Assembly (NCBI GenBank): GCA_046716125.1
Contig: JBKJXJ010000265.1
Coordinates: forward strand, 1-44,185
Direction of reading: 5' to 3'
Source: Candidatus Eiseniibacteriota bacterium
GTDB lineage: Bacteria > Eisenbacteria > RBG-16-71-46
DNA length: 44,185 nt
The notes under the pieces were generated by a model, which was not told the origin of the DNA, did no database searches, and saw only the letters and a program-made list of their open reading frames with translations. Positions 35,187 through 40,063 of this stretch are shown piece by piece. The stretch's first letter is position 1. The number at the start of each line of letters is the position of its first letter. Position numbers and translations under genes: made by a program.

Positions 35187-36076
35187 GCTTCGACGCTCCG
35201 CGTCGCGCCCGCCGGCTCGATTCCGGGCTCCGGGACGGGTTCCCACAGCGGCCGGAAGATGCACCACTGATGAACGTGCTCCCGGATGTGCCGCTCCGAG
35301 GTACGTGCGACCGCCGCCACCAGCGACGCCGTGTCGGCGAACGTCGCGGGGTCGAGCGCCGGCTCCATGACGATCCGGAACCGCCCGCGGGCGACGCGCT
35401 CGCAGTAGCCGCAGATGATGAGCGCACCGGTGCGCTGCGCCAGGACGCCGGGCCCGGCGGGGAACTCCAGCTCGCGACCAAACAGATCGACGCGTGTCCC
35501 CTGGGCGAAGATGTCCCCGTCCACCATGAGCGCGACCAGGTCGTTGTGCTCGAGCGCGCGCAGCAAACGACGGAAGCCGTCCTCCGGGGCGACGGTGCTG
35601 AGCGCCAGCTCGGCCTTGGTCTCGCGAACCGCCGGGGTGAGCCAGCGGGAGAGCTGCACGCCGGCTACCGCGTGGAGGCGGTAGCCCCAGTGGGCGAGGA
35701 CGACGGCCGCCAGCTCCCAGTTGCCGACGTGGGTCGAGGTGATGACCACGCCGCGGCCCCGCGCGACGGCCTGCTCCAGGTGCTCCCGCCCGACCACGTC
35801 GATCGAATGGAGCAGCTCGGCGCGGGTCAGGTGGGGGAGGCGGAAGAACTCGAACAGCATCCGGTTGTAGCTGCGCATCATGTCCCGGACCACGGCCAGC
35901 CGCTCGCGGCGGGTGGCACGCGGCAGGACGACGGCGAGGTTGACGAGGGCGGCGTGGCGGCGGGCGGGGAACAGCCGGAAATGAATCTCGGTCAGCGCAT
36001 CGGCGACCAGATACCCGAACCAAAGAGGCAGAACGGATACCAATGCCGTGAGCCACCCATAGAAGAGTCGGGGCAT
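35183..36076 (-). CDS. lipid A biosynthesis (HtrB/LpxL)-family acyltransferase, PatA-like
   Basis: ATG 36076 with GGAG upstream. N-terminal hydrophobic segment 'LFYGWLTALVSVLPLWFGYLV'. Catalytic 'HVGNWE' (H-x4-E/D). It is translationally coupled to the PimA-like gene. Confidence 0.8.
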   Translation of the reverse strand: MPRLFYGWLTALVSVLPLWFGYLVADALTEIHFRLFPARRHAALVNLAVVLPRATRRERLAVVRDMMRSYNRMLFEFFRLPHLTRAELLHSIDVVGREHLEQAVARGRGVVITSTHVGNWELAAVVLAHWGYRLHAVAGVQLSRWLTPAVRETKAELALSTVAPEDGFRRLLRALEHNDLVALMVDGDIFAQGTRVDLFGRELEFPAGPGVLAQRTGALIICGYCERVARGRFRIVMEPALDPATFADTASLVAAVARTSERHIREHVHQWCIFRPLWEPVPEPGIEPAGATRSVEA

Positions 36077-36322
36077 CGTACTCCAGTCCTTGCGAGGAAT
36101 CGGGCCGCCCCAGTAGGGGCGCTGGGAGGCTAAGGCCCTGTGGGAAAGGGTGTCAACTTCCATTGACCGGTCGCTCGCGCGAGGTCTACGATGCGCCGAG
36201 CCTCGGGCTGCGCGGATCGTGAACCCGCGCCACCGCCGCGGGCGCGGCAGCTCGTCCAGGGACGGCACGGCGGAATCAGCTCCGCGCCGGCGACTTCGCC
36301 GATCCACAGGAGGTCACGGTCC

Positions 36323-36742
36323 ATGCCCAGCCAGAAGCTCGTCCGGTGCGAGATCCGGCGCCGCGGCGCCGCCGAGTCGGGATCCCCACGCTACGTGCCC
36401 CTCGAGATCTACGGCCTGTGGGAGTACCTCATGTCCACCAAGCATGACTTCGAGGTGGTGGCCCCGCGCGCGTCGCTGTGGCTCGATATGGAAGACTCCC
36501 CCGACGCGGCCTACAGCGAGAGCCAGTATGAGCGGGTCACCGAGGTGACGGTATTCGTCTACTCGGGCCGCGACGACATGTTCACGCGCGTGTGCCGGTA
36601 CTTCCCGAGCTCCGATTGCGAGATGGTGAAGCGGATCTTCCTCTCGCACTACGCCGGCGAGGAAGGGAAGGTCCGGCCGCAGATCCGGGAGCGCGCGGGG
36701 ATCTGGATCCATCGCGAGACGGCCGAGGTCGCGGCGACGTAA
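36323..36742 (+). CDS. hypothetical protein (139 aa), no recognisable family
   Basis: ATG 36323, 9 nt after AGGAGG. High GC3. Begins 'MPSQKLVRCEIRRRG...'. The track ORF start at 36191 is rejected. Confidence 0.55.
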   Translation: MPSQKLVRCEIRRRGAAESGSPRYVPLEIYGLWEYLMSTKHDFEVVAPRASLWLDMEDSPDAAYSESQYERVTEVTVFVYSGRDDMFTRVCRYFPSSDCEMVKRIFLSHYAGEEGKVRPQIRERAGIWIHRETAEVAAT

Positions 36743-36790
36743 CGGTCGCTCCGGAGCTCGAATCGGAGTACCGGTTGCTCTAATGAGCCC

Positions 36791-36937
36791 GGGCCGCCGG
36801 GACGGCCGAGGTCCTCCGGCGGTACGCTCGGCCCCGCATCCTGCGGGGCCGAGCTCTATCTCGGGCTCGCTCCGCCGGTCCGTGGCTCCCGCGAGCCCTC
36901 GACGCCCGCTTCCGGACCCCGGCCGTCCCGGCGGCCC
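36791..36937. repeat. structured ~147-nt element, copy A (17-bp closing stem plus two internal hairpins); candidate ncRNA or old MITE
   Basis: The closing stem pairs 36791-36807 with 36921-36937 (17/17 bp). Hairpin 1 spans 36826-36854 with a 12-bp stem and loop ATCCT. Hairpin 2 spans 36861-36902 and its loop contains TCCGTGGCTCCC. It is homologous to copy B at 43310-43455, with compensatory stem substitutions. Confidence 0.5.
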
Positions 36938-37381
36938 TTGTGCCGGGTCGAGCGGTGCCCGCTCGAGCGCCACTCGATCGTTCTCATCACCCGCGCCCGG
37001 GCCTCCTGATACCCCGAATCGGGCAATCCCCTAATGGCGGCCGTTTCTACGCCGGTTTCAGTGCCGGCCGGTCGAACCGGGGGCCTGAGCGTGGGTGGGG
37101 ACGAGGCCCCAAAACTCCGGTCAAGGTCGTGCGGGATGCCGCCGACAACCCGCTTGAAAGCTGACGCCCTGGCCATGGCAGGCGCGGTCCGCCCGCAGCA
37201 GCGCAAACGGGACCGCTGGGCGCCGGCTCACGACAGTAAGCGACCCCATTCGATGTCCCGGGATCGATCCGGCAACGGACGCGCCCGAACATCTTCAGGG
37301 TCCCCGTGGAGAAAGGGCGGCAAGGGGCTCCATGGGATCCGGCTCTGCGACAGGGTGGGGTCGCACAGGGAGGGCTAGACC

Positions 37382-38491
37382 GTGGTCGTGGTGAGCTATT
37401 CGGGCAAGGAGATCAACGCCAAGCTGGTCTATTACGGCTGCGGCTTGTGCGGGAAGACCACGAATCTGGAGTCCATCTACGAGGCGGTGCCCGACACCAG
37501 CCGCGGCAAGATGGTGAGCATGAAGACGCAGTCCGATCGGACGCTCTTCTTCGATTTGCTCCCGCTCGACCTGGGCGAGATCATGGGCTTCAAGACCCGC
37601 TTCCTGCTCTACACCGTGCCGGGGCAGGTCTTCTACAACGCCACGCGCAAGCTGGTGCTCAAGGGCGCCGACGCGATCGTGTTCGTGGCCGACAGCGAAG
37701 TCGGCAAGATGGAGGAGAACCGCGAGAGCCTCGACAACCTCCGCACGAACCTGGCCGAGTACAAGATCAACCTCGACGAGATGCCCTGGCTGATCCAGTA
37801 CAACAAGCGTGACCTGCCGAACGTCTACAGCATCGAGGAGCTGCAAGCCGCGCTCAATCCGGGCGGGGCCGTGCCGTACTTCGAGGCGGTGGCGACGCAG
37901 GGCAAGGGAGTGTTCGAGACGTTCCGCGGCATCTCCCACATGCTGATGGAGAAGGTGACGCGCGAGCTGCGCCGTGGTGGCAGCTCGACCTCGCCCATCC
38001 GTCCTGCGGTTCCGACCGAAGCGCAGGTGGCCGCGCGTAACGCGAGCGTCGCCCCGAGCATCGCGCCCACTGTGGCGACCGGCTCGCCGGGCCGCACGAT
38101 CGCGCGCGAGGCCGTCGAATCGCGTCCGCCGGAGCCGGTGAGGGCGCCGGCCGAGACCCTCGACTACGGTCGCGAGATCGAGCTGCCCGATGAGATCCCG
38201 CCGCCGACCCCGCGCGAGACCGTGACGATGTCGGCGGCTCCCAACGGGCGTCAGACCCCGGCCCCGGAGCCGGTCCCTGCGGCCACGCAGCCGGCGGCCG
38301 AGCCTGCCCGTCGCGCGTCCGCTCAGCAGCCGGCGGCGCGCACGGAGCCCGCGGCCGAGCGCCAGCCGCAGCCGGCAACCTTGAAGTCCGAGAAGCCCGA
38401 GGCCGGCACGATGGTGATCCCCGTCAAGCTCCCGCCCAGCGGGAGCACCGGCGAGATCGTCATCCGCATCGTCTTCGAGCGTCAAGACTAG
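37382..38491 (+). CDS. mglA: MglA-family Ras-like GTPase with a ~170-aa Pro/Ala-rich C-terminal extension
   Basis: GTG 37382, 8 nt after GGAGG. 'INAKLVYYGCGLCGKTTNL', 'DRTLFFDLLPL', 'FLLYTVPGQVFY', 'QYNKRDLP'. The G-domain lines up end to end with Myxococcus MglA as I remember it. Residues from ~200 onward are low-complexity, ending 'MVIPVKLPPSGSTGEIVIRIVFERQD'. Confidence 0.9.
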   Translation: MVVVSYSGKEINAKLVYYGCGLCGKTTNLESIYEAVPDTSRGKMVSMKTQSDRTLFFDLLPLDLGEIMGFKTRFLLYTVPGQVFYNATRKLVLKGADAIVFVADSEVGKMEENRESLDNLRTNLAEYKINLDEMPWLIQYNKRDLPNVYSIEELQAALNPGGAVPYFEAVATQGKGVFETFRGISHMLMEKVTRELRRGGSSTSPIRPAVPTEAQVAARNASVAPSIAPTVATGSPGRTIAREAVESRPPEPVRAPAETLDYGREIELPDEIPPPTPRETVTMSAAPNGRQTPAPEPVPAATQPAAEPARRASAQQPAARTEPAAERQPQPATLKSEKPEAGTMVIPVKLPPSGSTGEIVIRIVFERQD

Positions 38492-38575
38492 GTCAGGCCG
38501 ACACGTTTCCGACATCACACCCGTCGCCGGTTCCGGTTGACAGGCCGGAGGCGGGTGTTTAGCTTGGTAGGTGCC

Positions 38576-39052
38576 ATGCGCACCCGACGAATCGCCTCAG
38601 GCCTCGCAGCGCTGCTGGTTCTGGCCGCTGCCGCCCCGCTGTTTGCCGATTCGGTCCCGCCCCCTTCGTATGACTTCACGCATGCTGACCGGACGCAGTC
38701 GGGGGCGAGCTCCTTCTCGCCCCTGGTCCCGGTCAGCGCGTTCGCCCGCCCGGCGGGCTGGTTCGACTCCTCCCGCCTCCGGGTTTCGACGACCGTCAGC
38801 GTGGGCACCGGCTGGAATGGCGGGACCGACGCGCTGCAGGTGACGAGCCTGACCTATCAGCTCGCCTCGCCGCTGGCCGTGCGGCTCAGCGTCGGCAACG
38901 CCTTCGGCAAGGGCGTGGCCGGGAGCGGGATGTTCCTCGAAGGGTTCGCGGTCGCCTACCGGCCCCATCCTTCGTTCCAGATCAACGTCGACTATCGCGA
39001 CGTCCGCACGCCCCTCCAGTACTCGAACTACTCCGGCTTCTTCGGTCGCTGA
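38576..39052 (+). CDS. secreted/outer-membrane small beta-strand-rich protein (hypothetical)
   Basis: ATG 38576 gives the signal peptide 'MRTRRIASGLAALLVLAAAAPLFA'. The mature part has alternating hydrophobic residues and ends in aromatic residues, 'YSNYSGFFGR'. The track start at 38537 is a TTGACA that looks more like a -35 box. Confidence 0.6.
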   Translation: MRTRRIASGLAALLVLAAAAPLFADSVPPPSYDFTHADRTQSGASSFSPLVPVSAFARPAGWFDSSRLRVSTTVSVGTGWNGGTDALQVTSLTYQLASPLAVRLSVGNAFGKGVAGSGMFLEGFAVAYRPHPSFQINVDYRDVRTPLQYSNYSGFFGR

Positions 39053-39059
39053 GCGGCCC

Positions 39060-39857
39060 ATGGCCGCGGAGGTCTCGCGCCTGGCGGCTGCGTTCTCCTC
39101 CTCGGTCGGCACGACCGGGCTCATCCCCTTCATCACCGCGGGCTACCCCAGCCTCGACGTCTCGCTCGAGATGCTCTTCGCGCTCGACCGCCCCGGCGTC
39201 CGCGCCATCGAGATCGGGATCCCCTTCTCCGATCCGATCGCCGACGGGCCCGAGATCCAGCGTGCCTCCGAATGGGCGTTGCGCTCGGGCGTAGGGGCGC
39301 AGGAGGTCCTCGGGCTGGTCACCCGGTTCCGGCGTTCCTCGCAGCGGCCCCTGGTCCTCATGACCTACGCCAATCCCGTGATCCGGGACGGGATCGGGCC
39401 GTTCGCCGTGGCGGCGCGTCAGGCGGGTGTGGACGGCCTCATCATCTCCGATCTGCCGCCCGATGAGTCCGGCGAGGTGTGGGCCTCGCTCGACCAGGCG
39501 GGGCTCGATACCGTCGTGCTGGTCGCACCGACGACCGACCCCGCGCGGCTCCCGATGGTGCTCGCCCGGGCGCGGGGCTTCGTCTACTGCCTGGCGCGAA
39601 CCGGGGTCACGGGCGCGGGCGGCGGGGACGCGGGGGATCTGCCGGAACGCGTGGCCGCCCTGCGGCGGTTGACCCCGCTGCCGGTTGCGGTCGGCTTCGG
39701 GATCTCGGGCGCCGCGGGCGCGCGCGCGCTGAAAGGGGTCGCGGACGCGGTGGTCGTGGGGGCGGCCTTCATGCGCGCGGTCACGGAAGACCCGGCGCGC
39801 GGGGCGGTCCACCGCGTGCAGACCCTGGCTGAAGCGCTGCTCGAGGCGCTGAGCTGA
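39060..39857 (+). CDS. trpA: tryptophan synthase alpha chain
   Basis: 'LIPFITAGYP', 'IEIGIPFSDPIADGPEIQ', 'GFGISG'. 265 aa. Confidence 0.92.
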   Translation: MAAEVSRLAAAFSSSVGTTGLIPFITAGYPSLDVSLEMLFALDRPGVRAIEIGIPFSDPIADGPEIQRASEWALRSGVGAQEVLGLVTRFRRSSQRPLVLMTYANPVIRDGIGPFAVAARQAGVDGLIISDLPPDESGEVWASLDQAGLDTVVLVAPTTDPARLPMVLARARGFVYCLARTGVTGAGGGDAGDLPERVAALRRLTPLPVAVGFGISGAAGARALKGVADAVVVGAAFMRAVTEDPARGAVHRVQTLAEALLEALS

Positions 39858-39874
39858 GGCTCAACGCCCCGGGC

Positions 39875-39931
39875 TCATCTCCTGATCCAGTAGAGCAGAT
39901 CGAGGACCATCAGCGTCACGACGATGTCCAC
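39875..39931 (-). CDS. candidate 18-aa hydrophobic micro-protein (M)DIVVTLMVLDLLYWIRR
   Basis: GTG 39931 lies 6 nt downstream of GGAGG (complement of 39938-39942). Most codons end in G or C. Stop TGA is the complement of 39875-39877. It is co-directional with, and downstream of, the phosphatase gene. It is too short for the ORF track. Confidence 0.3.
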   Translation of the reverse strand: MDIVVTLMVLDLLYWIRR

Positions 39932-40063
39932 GGCCCACCTCCGACTGCGAGGGGTCGCGCGGATTCGCGGCAGTTCAACCGCGGTCTGCGCGGTCAACCG
40001 TACCATCGGCCGCCCGTGGGTTGGCAGCGCGGGCGGGGGAAGCGACCTCCTGTCGCCTCACCT

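Noticed and set aside
36152-36167. Palindrome GTCAA-N6-TTGAC in the divergent region between the PatA-like gene and the 139-aa ORF, as a possible operator.
   Set aside because: The arms are only 5 bp, so chance occurrence is likely. It is not repeated elsewhere in the window.
37190-37250. Possible c-di-GMP-I (GEMM) riboswitch in the mglA leader, prompted by 'GCGCAAACGGG...ACGACAGTAAGCG'.
   Set aside because: Only the GCAAAC fragment matches. The second conserved 'GACGCAAAGC' block and the paired P1/P2 architecture are not present.
36783-37378. ORFs 36783..37034 and 37034..37378 (+) upstream of mglA.
   Set aside because: The first is coextensive with structured element A. Both are Arg/Pro/Gly/Ser-rich with no hydrophobic core or RBS. 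They are kept only as a caveat in the long-leader finding.
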